DNA from: Eledone cirrhosa
Taxonomy: Eukaryota
DNA: 64,000 nucleotides
Reading direction: 5' to 3'
NCBI GenBank assembly: GCA_964016885.1
Contig: OZ024757.1
Coordinates: 38,378,001-38,442,000, forward strand
Part shown: piece by piece, positions 30,210-41,597 of the stretch
Layout of the letters: each line of letters starts with the position of its first letter
Numbering within the stretch: position 1 is the stretch's first letter
Position numbers and translations under genes: made by a program
Notes under the pieces: model-generated
Databases searched by the model: none
Seen by the model: the letters and a program-made list of their open reading frames with translations, nothing else
Told to the model about the DNA's origin: nothing

Positions 30210-30799
30210 GTGTGTACACCCGTAAGTGTCTCTATAAATATATATTAAATATTTAAATAATTTTACGCATATATATGTATATTCGTAGCTGTGTGTAGAT
30301 ATGGAAATATATATATATAGTCGTAGCTGTGTAGATGAGATAAATATATATATACATAGCTACGTATATATTCATATATATGTGTTTGTGTAAATATAAT
30401 AGTTTAATTTGCACACGCACACACACACGTATATATATATATATATATATATAATCATCATTTACTCATAATATATTAAGTTATTAATGTGTCACTTCTA
30501 AATTTGCCATTCCTATTAATTGAAATATATTTCAATATATTTTGACGCTAAATATAAAGTCATTTATATTTGAATTTCATAAACAAAAACTTAGTCTCCT
30601 TCATATTTACAAGATATCATTTACCCCACTCACATATATATGCTTATATATATATATATGATAATAAATGCGAAGACAAAATCCAAAGAGGGCTCAATAA
30701 TGATAAATTAATATCAAATATATAAGAACCCTAGTTTCAGATCCCGTTAAGGGTGAAAGCAGGGATTCTTTACTTAAACTTTAATCTGTTAGTTTAATG

Positions 30800-30990
30800 T
30801 ATGTATGTAAAAGGTAAACAGAACTAACAATACAATCGCTACAGTATATGGAAGGGATATATTAGGTTAACGCTTGATATAGCAGGAAGAGGGTCTTGAC
30901 GTTTCGGACGCTAGTGCTTCATCAGAAGAAAGGATGAGAAATGAGATAGATTGAGGGGACAGGCGGGTTGGAATTGGTAAAAAAGTCTTT
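30800..30990 (-). mobile_element. Penelope-like element terminal fragment
   Basis: Contains the hammerhead at 30893-30929; the downstream ttgttagttctgtttaccttttacat matches ttgctggttccgtttacctttcgcat at about 54303. Confidence 0.6.
30893..30929 (-). ncRNA. Minimal type I hammerhead ribozyme motif
   Basis: Minus strand TCTT-CTGATGA-A-GCAC(TAGC)GTCC-GAAA-CG-TC-AAGA; 4-bp stem I, palindromic ACGU stem III, GUC cleavage triplet. Confidence 0.7.
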
Positions 30991-31024
30991 AGATAAAAGT
31001 AACGGGTCCATGCATGTTGACTTC

Positions 31025-31122
31025 AGCCAACGGCTGAGCTTGTGCAGTTTCAACAGTTAATTCCAGACTCATGAGTCAGGAACAAGCTGTTGAAAAGGTA
31101 AGAGCTCATCCGTCGGGTCATG
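31025..31122. mobile_element. Foldback island (GGCTGAGCT...GTTTC family)
   Basis: acggctgagcttgtgcagtttcaacag...agctgttgaaaaggtaagagctcatccgt, an imperfect inverted repeat. Confidence 0.65.
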
Positions 31123-31389
31123 TTTCGGGTCATTTGTAATATAACCAATCTGTACGATATCCAAGTCACCAGTACTCTGTTGAGTAATGATCAAATCAGT
31201 GTGTGTGTGTGTGGGTGGGGGTGTGGGTGGGTGTGTGGGTGGGTGGGTGTGTGGGTGTGTGTGTTCAATCGGGGTAACCAGTCAGTAAGGTACTCAATAC
31301 ATAGCAAATTATAACATTTTAATATACAAATGGCTTCTACAGGACTAGAACAGTTTTATTCGATGATTTCTGTAGAATCCATTTCTATA

Positions 31390-31424
<35 letters not shown>

Positions 31425-31815
31425 ACATGTTTGAACAGATGGAAAAACGCACAAATAGTGTAAAACCTTTCACACACTGCAAACACAGACACACAGATGA
31501 TATATAAGCATACGCACTCAAACGCATACACAGATGACATACACGCATAAGCACTCAAACACACACACACATTTAGATAGAAATGTATATGATAAGTAGA
31601 ACACTGACATACCAGCACCTACTAGATTGGGGCGGTCTTTTAGCATTTCTGGATAACGCTCTTTTGCAGAAAAACATAAGAACCGAAACTCTTCTAAACT
31701 TCAGCCATCATGATCAGCTCGTTCTTTTTTTATTTTTTCTCCCAAAATATCTTTCCTCCATATTGCCTATTCGTCCTCCGTCTTTGTTTTCCAATACACC
31801 ATCTCACTCTCTCTC

Positions 31816-32010
31816 TAACGAAGGATGTGTAGTAAGGAACCAGGTGGACCATAACGCACCAGAGTAGTCGATACTTTGGGTAGTAGAGTGGGTAATTGGA
31901 AAAGAGTCATGACCTCGATAGGTGAGCTCCGGCAGTTTCGACGGCTAGTTCTGAACAAGCTGTCGAAACGGCCGGAGCTCAGCCGTCGGTGTCCTGACTC
32001 TTTACCTATA
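31816..32010. mobile_element. Foldback island, same family as 54472-54762
   Basis: aaagagtcatgac...tgagctccggcagtttcgacggct(agttctgaaca)agctgtcgaaacggccggagctca...gtcctgactcttt; the leader aacgaagga...gaaccaggtggaccataacgcacca is shared with 54656-54740. Confidence 0.8.
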
Positions 32011-32116
32011 GATATAAACGTGTGGGTGTGTTAGGATATAAGATATTTCTCCTTAATAATATTGAATATTAAATCTCTACTTCGGTGGGTATTGAGTCCT
32101 CATATATCTCAAGCTG

Positions 32117-32170
<54 letters not shown>

Positions 32171-32463
32171 TCTTCTTCCCAGTTTATTCATCAGTAAATA
32201 TCTCCAATTTTACAATTTGACAACACGTATCTAATTTACGGTTATTTTACGGCTTCTGTTTTGAGGAAGTTGAATTTAAACAGATTCTAGCAGGATAAAA
32301 ATTAGAATTCAGCCTTGCAGCTGATATTGATATTACGAAAATATAACCCGATTCCAAAAAGATGGAAGATAATGTGTTATAAATAATAAAACAAAGCTAG
32401 AGAAAAAAAATACATTCTTTTGTGTAACTTTCTAGCTTTGTATGATATCTCAGGTGAATTTTA

Positions 32464-32510
<47 letters not shown>

Positions 32511-33055
32511 TGTGTGTGTGTTTGTATACATTTGTGTAAATATATGCATGTATAAGTGTGTGTATGTATGTATGTATTTATATATGCGTATGTGTGTGTA
32601 TATCTATAAACTTGAACAAAAGTAATTTTTTATAAAATGGTGATTTTATTTTCGATAGCAATTAGTTTCCTTCTCTTTTCTAAATTTTTCTTTTCTCCCT
32701 TTTTTTCTAACCCCCCCCCCCCCCCCCCCCCTATCCATTCTTTCGCTGCTTCTCATATCATCGTTCTCTTCCTTATTTCCTCTCTAGCATGTGCCAATCA
32801 TTCGACATTTTGACTCTCTGGTAGTTGACACATTCTCCAGACGCAATTCAAATTAGTCAGCTTTTCGTCATGTCATACCTGAATATATTGCGTACTTTAC
32901 ACTATAATTCCGTTGCCAGATTTTTTTTTTCTATTCTGAATTCTTGGCAAATATAAACCTGTTTTGGTCCCAACTCTTTATAATACAGGCAGCCACACTC
33001 TACCACCCCAAATATCGAGTATACTGTCGAATAAGTCTAAGTTATTTTACACTGG

Positions 33056-33175
<120 letters not shown>

Positions 33176-33242
33176 TGTTTGTTAAAATAATCAAATTAAA
33201 TTAATTCAACAGTTAAACACATATAGGGATAATAAAGTTGTT

Positions 33243-33710
33243 ACCAAAGATTCAGAAGATTAACATGTCGACCCTAAATATGACTAATAGATCATCTTTT
33301 TAACTTCGATTTCTAAAGTAAGTTTATAATTATTAATTTTCATTATACTTATGTAGCTTTCTGGACGGCCTAGTGTGAGGAATCATAGACGGTGGAAATC
33401 CTGGTCTGAAGTTCGATACTGGTCGTCGAGTATAGGGTTCCCGGTAAACCTTTTCAGTTTTTTTCTATGGGATGTAAAATAAAAACTGAAAAAGTTTACA
33501 TGTACCTCTCGACCAGGATTGAACCCAAGACCAGGATCTCCACTGGCTCTCGTACTTACTAGTAGGCCTCTGAGACAACTACGAAATTCTATGGAAAATT
33601 CATACTTATAAACCTACTTTCAAAATGTTCAATATGAAATGATCTGGTGTCGTTCACATCTTTCTTAATGTTATTGCTCCTACTTAAGGTCGACTTCTAA
33701 ATCATTTGGG
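33243..33710. mobile_element. Palindromic element with convergent tRNA-like cassettes, copy 2
   Basis: Ends accaaagattcagaag..gtcgaccctaa / ttaaggtcgacttctaaatcatttgggt; left cggcctagtg + agttcgatac; right, inverted, ggattgaaccc + ctagtaggcc; centre ttttcagttttt / aaaaactgaaaa. Confidence 0.82.
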
Positions 33711-34011
33711 TGTTCCATAAACTACATCCTCGTTTTGTTTCTCCTCTATCTAGACTATATTTTAACCTGTAATCCATGTTTCATTTCTGTTGCACATCAT
33801 TACTCCCCGCCACCTCTCAGTGGGCTGTACAATGCTACCATGGTCCACCTGGGCCCCACTTGCTATTGGGCAACCTGGAACCTGGCCAGTCCTCCACTGC
33901 ACACACAGGTACCGGGTTCAATCGGGGGTAACCACAGGAATTAAGATACTCAATACATTAGTACAGTGTATAATACAATTTAATATAGAATTGTCAAACA
34001 ACTCGTGTCCG

Positions 34012-34047
<36 letters not shown>

Positions 34048-34814
34048 GACTGTTTTATTTATACGTTCTCTGTATATTATATAATCATGTTATGTGCATT
34101 TCGAAAAGATCAGAGTAAATATTATGCACCCACTTTCATGTCTTTCAAATGCGCATACGAGGATTATATAAGAAACATACGATGTCTACATTAAGCCGTT
34201 TATTTACTTTGTAATATTGATACCTTATACTTAATACATCACATCGTTGAGTGCTTACGTCTATTTACACTAAAGTCGCTCGATTAATTGATCAACCAAC
34301 TTTTCTTTCTTTTGAATAATTCTCTCTCTATACATACATACATACATACATACATACACACGTACAGTGGGCGTAGGTGCATGAATAGAGAATGAAGGAG
34401 ACATTGAGTATAATTTGAAAGACCAACAACTTGTGAGAATTGTTCTAGAATGTTCTAACACATCTCCAATTATTTCTTTAATTCCTGCTAAACGTTTGTC
34501 TACTCCAGAAAATTAAATAACTGAAGTAATCTTAGAAAAAATAACAGTACAAATTTGCTTTGAACATTTTTCTAAACCACGATAACATAAACAAAAACAA
34601 TTGAGAGAACATACAAAGTTCTTTTTTTTTTATTTTATTTCGTTTTAATTTGTATCCTTTGTGTATAGTTTCTTGTTTTGCTTTATTTTCAATCAATTTC
34701 TATTGTTTTAGTCAAATCACAGGCATTCTATTTGCATTAGATCGCGTGTTTCAGCAACAAATATACATACATTTATATATATATATACACACACGCGCAG
34801 ACACAATACACACT

Positions 34815-35190
34815 CATATATATATATATATATATATTATATATTATATATATATATATTATTTATATTATTTATATTATATATATATATATATTATATT
34901 ATATTATATATATATATATATTATATTATATATATATATTATATATATATTATATATATATTATATATATATAATATATATATATTATATATATATTATA
35001 TATATATAATATATATATTATATATATTATATATATATTATATATATATAATATATATATATATATTATATATTATATATATATAAATATATATAATATA
35101 TATATATATATATATAATATATATATATAAATATATATAATATATATATATATATATATAATATATATATATATATAATATATATATATT
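34815..35190. repeat. Pure A/T low-complexity tract
   Basis: About 370 bp of TA/TTA/TAA only. Confidence 0.97.
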
Positions 35191-35537
35191 ATCTTATCTT
35201 GTTCTGCCTTTTCGCTTCAATGTTGTTTTTTGTTTACCGTCTCGACTATAAAATATATATACATATGTGTATAGATGCAGATATATACATATGTATATAT
35301 ATACATTAATACACAAACGAAATAAGAGTAGAAATTGAAATGATTAAAGAAATTTGGGCGAAATCTTTTTTCCTTTTGAAAAAGCATAGAAAATAAAATG
35401 TTACCGATGAACTTTCATTTTATTTCATTTTTCAAAAAATATTTCATTGTTGGAGTTTCATGAATTTATTGTTGGTGTTGTAACCTTTTTGTTATTTTGA
35501 TTGCCGGATCTTTTTTATGCTTTCCTCGATGAATAGG

Positions 35538-35891
35538 AAGGCGGCGAATTGGCTGAGTCGTTATAACTGTTTCTACCTTTGGCACAAGGCCAGCAACTAC
35601 CTCCAGTACATTACTGGTACTTTATTTTATCGACCCCCCCCCCCCTCCCCGTAAGGATGAAAGGCAATGTTAACCTCGGTGAGATTTGAACCCAGAATAT
35701 AAAGGTCCGTAACTCTATGCTGCAAAGCATGGTATCCAACCCTTCTACCAATACTGCCAGTCGTTATAATGTCTGATAGATTGATTTGTCATTTTTGTAC
35801 CCACTGGTTGTTGAGAGATCAAATCCCGTCGTGGTCAACTTTTGACTTTTCATTATCGATAAATGAACGAGCTAGTCTAGTATTGGGGTCG
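35538..35891 (+). mobile_element. Old SINE family A-related copy interrupted by a young antisense copy
   Basis: Head aaggcggcgaattggctgagtcgtta at 35538; body resumes after 35769 with gagatcaaatcccgtcgtggtcaactttt...tattggggtcg. Confidence 0.7.
35567..35758 (-). mobile_element. SINE family A young copy with 11-bp TSD
   Basis: AGTCGTTATAA at 35556-35566 and 35759-35769. Confidence 0.9.
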
Positions 35892-36250
35892 TTTCTTTTT
35901 CTTCTCCTTCTTATTCAACACCATTACCACCACTTCCCCAAACTCTCAAACCCTTTCTTTCCCTCGCTGTGTTGGGAGTGGGGTCTGACAACACCCGGTG
36001 CCCCTATGGTTCCATCATAAATTCCGGAACCATATACACACATGATCCTGACTTGTAATGGCTACCAAAATATCTAAAACTCAGACATCTCTGTAGCATG
36101 CAATAGTTTAATTTCAGTACATTGATACTCTTCTTTTTATCTCTTTCTCACTTCCTCTCTATCACAACGTCTCTGATTTTCACACAGGCATATATGTTCA
36201 TACATAAATGTATACACAAACGCACACAAATACATATCTCGTATATACAC

Positions 36251-36285
<35 letters not shown>

Positions 36286-36308
36286 CACACACACACACAT
36301 ATGCAAGC

Positions 36309-36339
<31 letters not shown>

Positions 36340-37522
36340 TGATTCTATATCAACCACTGGAACACATTCTATTATTTCTGACCTTCCATAATGTCGCCTT
36401 AATTTCTCCCATCTTTCACAGATCAACACAATAGGTCTTATTTCCCCAACTCCCACATCACATGTCTTTACTTTAGCGCCAGGTTCCTTTATGTCTCGTC
36501 CTAACTAGTTCTGTTAGCACGGCTGTGTCGAAACAATTGTATAATGCATATTACAGATGCAGGTCTGACTAGTAGTTATTACATCTTCGAATATACATAC
36601 CAGGTCGATATTAGCATGGATTTATTGTAGCAGCTGCATAATACATATTACTGATGCAGGCCTGACCGTTAGCTGTTTCTTTCTGAATAGCTAGAAAGTC
36701 AAATTATTCCGTTATTTAACATCTATATTTACGCAAAGTTTCCGTAATTTCAACTTTGATGTTCCATTGTATCAAATTTCTTTGCTAGACATTTGGTCAG
36801 CATATGTATATTACGTTTATGATTAGCATTCTAGTATCATTATTTACAATTTACCTTTTATTCCTTAATGCTACGTCCGGCCTACCTAACTTCCATGTTG
36901 AATATCTCTCAAATGGATTCGGTATTGTAAACTTGGAATTGCAAACATGGTTGTCTTCTTTTTTTTTGAGAGGGGGGGGGGGGGGGAGAAGTTTTCTTTT
37001 CAAAAAAGCACATCAGCATATTTTTCTGCATTTGACAAGTGAATTCAATATTAACTTACTGAATGGTCATATATCTGCAACGGGGTATATGGCCAGGAAT
37101 GTTGTCACAAGATTAAAAGTAAAGAAAGAAGGTAATGTCTTTAGCCGTCAAACCATCTATTTTCAATTCAATACCTTATGAAGTTTAAAACATCTGTCAT
37201 TGTAGTGATAGTATTTCTTGAAATATTCAATGTTCGTGTGAGAGAAAAAGGCAAGAGAAGACGAATACATGAATAAAATGCTATTGAACATACATGCATA
37301 AATCTTTAAAAAATGTCTTCAACTGTGTCTTTTGTATACCACGCGAAGACTGTTGCTATACATTTACATGTTCTTTTCCAAAGCAGGAATATAGTCAGTA
37401 TAGACGCCATAACATTATCATATATAAATATATATATATATATGAAATATTTCAAAGCAAAAATAATATTTAACTGAAAAAAGTAACGTACACATATGGT
37501 ATAGAATTAATTCGTAACTCAC

Positions 37523-37587
37523 CGCCCTCCTCTGTAACACCTCCACCGCAGCACCTCCACCCTCCAAAGAACCACCCCAAAACTCTT
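37523..37587 (-). other. Candidate 65-nt exon, minus strand
   Basis: Minus strand ttatattcag|aagagtt...gagggcg|gtgagt; GC-rich relative to flanks; open in all three frames; no recognisable product. Confidence 0.25.
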
Positions 37588-37762
37588 CTGAATATAACAT
37601 TTTAATTAACGTATTTGAAACTTGCTTGCAGTTGTTAGTCAAACACATCAATTGTAGCACATGTGGTATTTTAAAGTGTAAATTTTATCAACGACGTTAT
37701 AATAAACAACCGAAGACCCCTTTGTGCCAAAGTGGAACAACCCAGTATTTCTCTCACTACAG

Positions 37763-37842
37763 AATGATAAAACAAAACATAACGTTCAAGCTTATTAAGC
37801 TTCAAAACGTAAACGGATATACAAAAACATTGGATTTATAAG
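37763..37842 (+). other. Candidate 80-nt non-coding/UTR exon, plus strand
   Basis: tttctctcactacag|aatg...tataag|gtaggt; stop codons in all three frames. Confidence 0.3.
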
Positions 37843-38081
37843 GTAGGTTTGTAAACTTTTTCACAATAGTATGTCGTTTAAATATAGATGGTGAATTAAT
37901 AGTATATGTCGATTAAAAAGAAATTAATATGAATTAATAACTATTTGGTAGATATGTTTATCAGGTTTGGTCACCGAATAGTAACCAGGTTTTGTATTTC
38001 TCGAGTTATGTTCTGTCGTTAAACAGAAATGACACAGTATTTACATGTCAGTCTCAATACAGCATGGTTCACGAAATAATA

Positions 38082-38306
38082 CCCGGGTGCCGTATCAAAC
38101 GAAAGGATGGGTGATTCTTCGTGTGTGTAATTTTATTTCTCGCGAGCTGGAATGGCTTTTCCAGCGCGTTTCCCCCCACGCCTGGGCTGTGGGGAGGCCA
38201 CTAATATGATTGACTGACTTGTCATTTTATCAGTCAGATCTTCTAATGATTCTATATATTTACACTATGCTTCGGAACTCGGGCTGCTTTAACGTACAGC
38301 ACCCTG
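38082..38306. mobile_element. Probable Tc1/mariner-type MITE with internal hairpins
   Basis: TA-CCCGGGTGCCGTA ... TACAGCACCCTG-TA imperfect TIRs; an internal 22-mer is shared with 44932-44953. Confidence 0.6.
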
Positions 38307-38559
38307 TATATTACTAGTACTTTTGATATCTTTCAACAGATCTATAATCGATAAAGATATGGTAAACTTTGTAAGCAAATATTTGAGTTGTATTAAGTGC
38401 TAGGCTTTCATTTGTGTTGCTTTCATTCGGCACAGGATGGCAAAATGATAACGGCTTTACTAATGAAATGAGTCATACGTATTTGCCTTCTGACTAAATT
38501 AGAAATGAAATTAAGCATAACACACTGTGTATTATACGGCTCCGTTGTGATATCTTCAG

Positions 38560-39065
38560 GAATTCAGAGCCTAGAAACAGGGGTTATTTTTGTACCTGTG
38601 ATCCCTGAACAAGCTGTTATAATAAAGGAAGTTTCAGTCTTAACAGACTTGTATATATCGCTTGGACTACATAGAAAGGTGTGCTATGTCCTTTTTTTTT
38701 TTTTTTTTTTTTTTTTGTATCAAGAGGGAGGGGTGTGATACGAGGGACTAGGAATTTACAAGTATGTTTAGAACAAGACTTATGGCGTCAGCTGTCATCC
38801 CTGAAAAATCTGATGTATAATACAGGGAGTTTGCCTTAAACAACTGTATATATCTCGCTTAGACGACATAGGAAAACATGCTGTTTTTTTCCTGTTTTGA
38901 GAGAGAGGGATGTGATATGAAAGCCTAGAAATTTACTAGTATGTTCGAAATGGGATTATGTTATGGCTTTAGCTGTCATCCCCGAAATATATATATATTA
39001 TATATTATATATATATATCGCTTGGACTACATAGGTCAACGTACTATGTCTTCCTCCTGTTTTAT
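38560..39065. repeat. Diverged ~190-bp tandem triplication
   Basis: ctgt(g/c)atccc(t/c)gaa at about 38596, 38792 and 38973; tcgctt(g/a)gac(t/g)acatag and gtgtgata..ctag(g/a)aatttac recur with the same period. Confidence 0.8.
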
Positions 39066-40195
39066 TGTGAGTGAAGCCGGTATCTAATTTTAACAGCTCA
39101 GTAGCAGCAGAGATACTTTATAAACTATATATTAGAAAAGAAGCTAGACATGATTCATGTTATACATTTTTTTTTAAATTTTCACTAGACAAATATTTTC
39201 CCTCAGCTACGTATATTTTCAATTGAATAGATCTGTGTATAAGTTTCGATTATATGCTTCGATTTCTTAATCAGCAGGATGTTCATATAAACTGCTATTT
39301 AAACCAATTAAAGAACTGAATATTGTAAGCCGTTCAGGTTTGCAATGTTACACGGAACTTCAAATAATTCTGGAGAATTAAACTAACATAAAATATAAAA
39401 CTTTATTGATTTCTTATATTGGTACAAAGCGATAAATATTTTTGTAGCAGTGTGATGTGATAGAAAACTGATTACGTACCACTTGTGTGTATAAAATAAA
39501 TATCCCAGACGACTGTATTTACTATATCTGAATTACATCTATTCCGTAATATATCTGTTCTACCGTTAATCTATATTTCCGACTAATATTATGTTGACAG
39601 ACGTGTGGGTTGGGGTTAATATTGCCGCAATGTCACACATTTATACACGGATGAAGGGAATAGGTGGAAAGGGTTAACAGAAAATGACAATCAATTAAAA
39701 ACATCCAAAAGGAAAAGTAATACCAATAAAAATAATATGACGAATAACATAATTTATTGGTATTTATTTTATCGTTCCTTGAAGTCAAAACGACACCATC
39801 GGTCTTAGTTGGAATTTAATTTATAAAAATATACGAGGGAAAGCTCTAAACATCGCTAGGAATTTTGTCTTTTACAATTTTACCGATTATTCCTGTCGCT
39901 GCAACAGCTTATATAAGTATTGGCATTGATTTCTAGCATTCGATTAAATCGAACCAGAAACAGAACTATTACATATTTTTAGTTCAGGAAGAGATTAAAG
40001 AAACACGTATGGTAGTGTTTATAATTTAAACAAAAAATTCTAAAATCATAGAAAGAAAAAAAAAACTTCTATTGTTATTCCAACGTCGTTTACCCTATGT
40101 TTGCGACACATTAAAGATCAAAGTATTGGCAGTAATGGGAAGGGTGAAGGACCTCTTCGGTCACGAATGCCAATTGGGATTTGCACCTAAATAAT

Positions 40196-40381
40196 TGTTT
40201 CTACTTTTGGCACAAGGCCAGCAAATACCCAGAACATTACTGGTACTTTATTTTATCGACTCCATATGGATGAAAGGCAGTTAACCACGGCGGGTTTTGA
40301 ACTCGGATCGTAAAGGGACGTAACTCTATGCTAGAAAGCATGTCCAACCCTCTACCAATACTGCCAATTCACCGCCCTTGT
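40196..40381 (-). mobile_element. SINE family A full-length copy with 18-bp TSD
   Basis: GATTTGCACCTAAATAAT at 40178-40195 and 40382-40399. Confidence 0.92.
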
Positions 40382-40399
40382 GATTTGCACCTAAATAAT

Positions 40400-40540
40400 G
40401 AGTACGATCAAGAGGTGGGGTTGTAACCCTGCGATGGACTGGCGTCCTGTCTAGGGGGGGGGGGGTGTACTCTCAGTGACTTCATGCAACGAAACCGGAA
40501 TACACACTGGTCAGATGAACCTTCTGGCTTAAGACACTTT
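40400..40540 (+). mobile_element. SINE family B 3' half
   Basis: aaccctgcgatggactggcgtcctgtctagggg...cttcatgcaacgaaaccgg...ttctggcttaagac, matching 10940-11052. Confidence 0.75.
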
Positions 40541-40794
40541 AGTCTTTGAATGATGTTAGTGATTGTAAATCTATCTTTTTATACATCCATCACGTGTAGG
40601 TAGTATTTCGTACTCCCTATAATTGATATTCTAGATTTAAACAAGAACATTTGAACGTACATGATTTAGTAGGCAGTCAGCTTAAAACTGTCTCAAACAA
40701 ATGAATTCTAATAGAAAAAAAGAAACCAGACTATAACTACAGTTCTTGAATACATTAAATGTAAATTTATATTGAATATTTCATACAAGAAATT

Positions 40795-40834
<40 letters not shown>

Positions 40835-41515
40835 AAAACTAAAAATCAATATGAATATTTCTGCAAATTATTTTTTAAAATCTTTGATAAGGTGTTGCAT
40901 TATACAGGAACCAGAGTGAATTAATTCACGGTTTGTATGATCAAATTTACGAATCGTGTGAAAAATTAAGTTGCTTTGAAGCTGAACACGTGGTATGACT
41001 GCTGTAGGCATCTAATTACTTTTATCTTCGTTAATTTGTTTGTTGCTTTTATTTCAGGAGTTTTCCTGTAATTTTGTTACTTATAGAAGTTCAAATATAT
41101 TTGTGTCTAATCACATTAAAACTTGGAATTACAAAACAGAAAAAAAAAGAAAAAGAATTTATACGCCGATGAGATCGGTCGCTAGGGGAATTCTATAATA
41201 CGCACGCACGCACGCACGTGTGTGTGTGATATCATGTTATACAAATCACTGAGGTGTAGATCCTAATAAATTAATCGAAAAAGAACACTCAACAAACATA
41301 TTTCCCTAGGGATATAATCTTAGTTAAGCAACCTAAAGCTAGTGATATATTTATATATACAGACATATATATATATGTGTTTAGTCGAAAGCCGAGAAAA
41401 AGTACTCAATACCGAAGTACAATTTAAGTATTCATTTTTTAAAGTCTAAATAATGCCTTGTTACTCTGGATTTTCACAGGTAAGAATAAATATATATATA
41501 TATATATACATGTAC

Positions 41516-41569
<54 letters not shown>

Positions 41570-41597
41570 GTACGTATATATATATATATATATTGTA

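Noticed and set aside
31645-31695. Hammerhead-like ctggataacg...ccgaaactc
   Set aside because: The CUGAUGA core is broken and the stems are weak.
36360-36720. Possible old LINE fragment with a ~45-bp direct duplication (catattac(a/t)gatgcagg(t/c)ctgac)
   Set aside because: The duplication is real, but no convincing peptide could be read.
38056-38180. Faint U1 snRNA resemblance (catggttcacgaa; cgcgtttcccc)
   Set aside because: No ATACTTACCTG 5' end, no ATTGCAC loop and no proper Sm site; better explained as a MITE.
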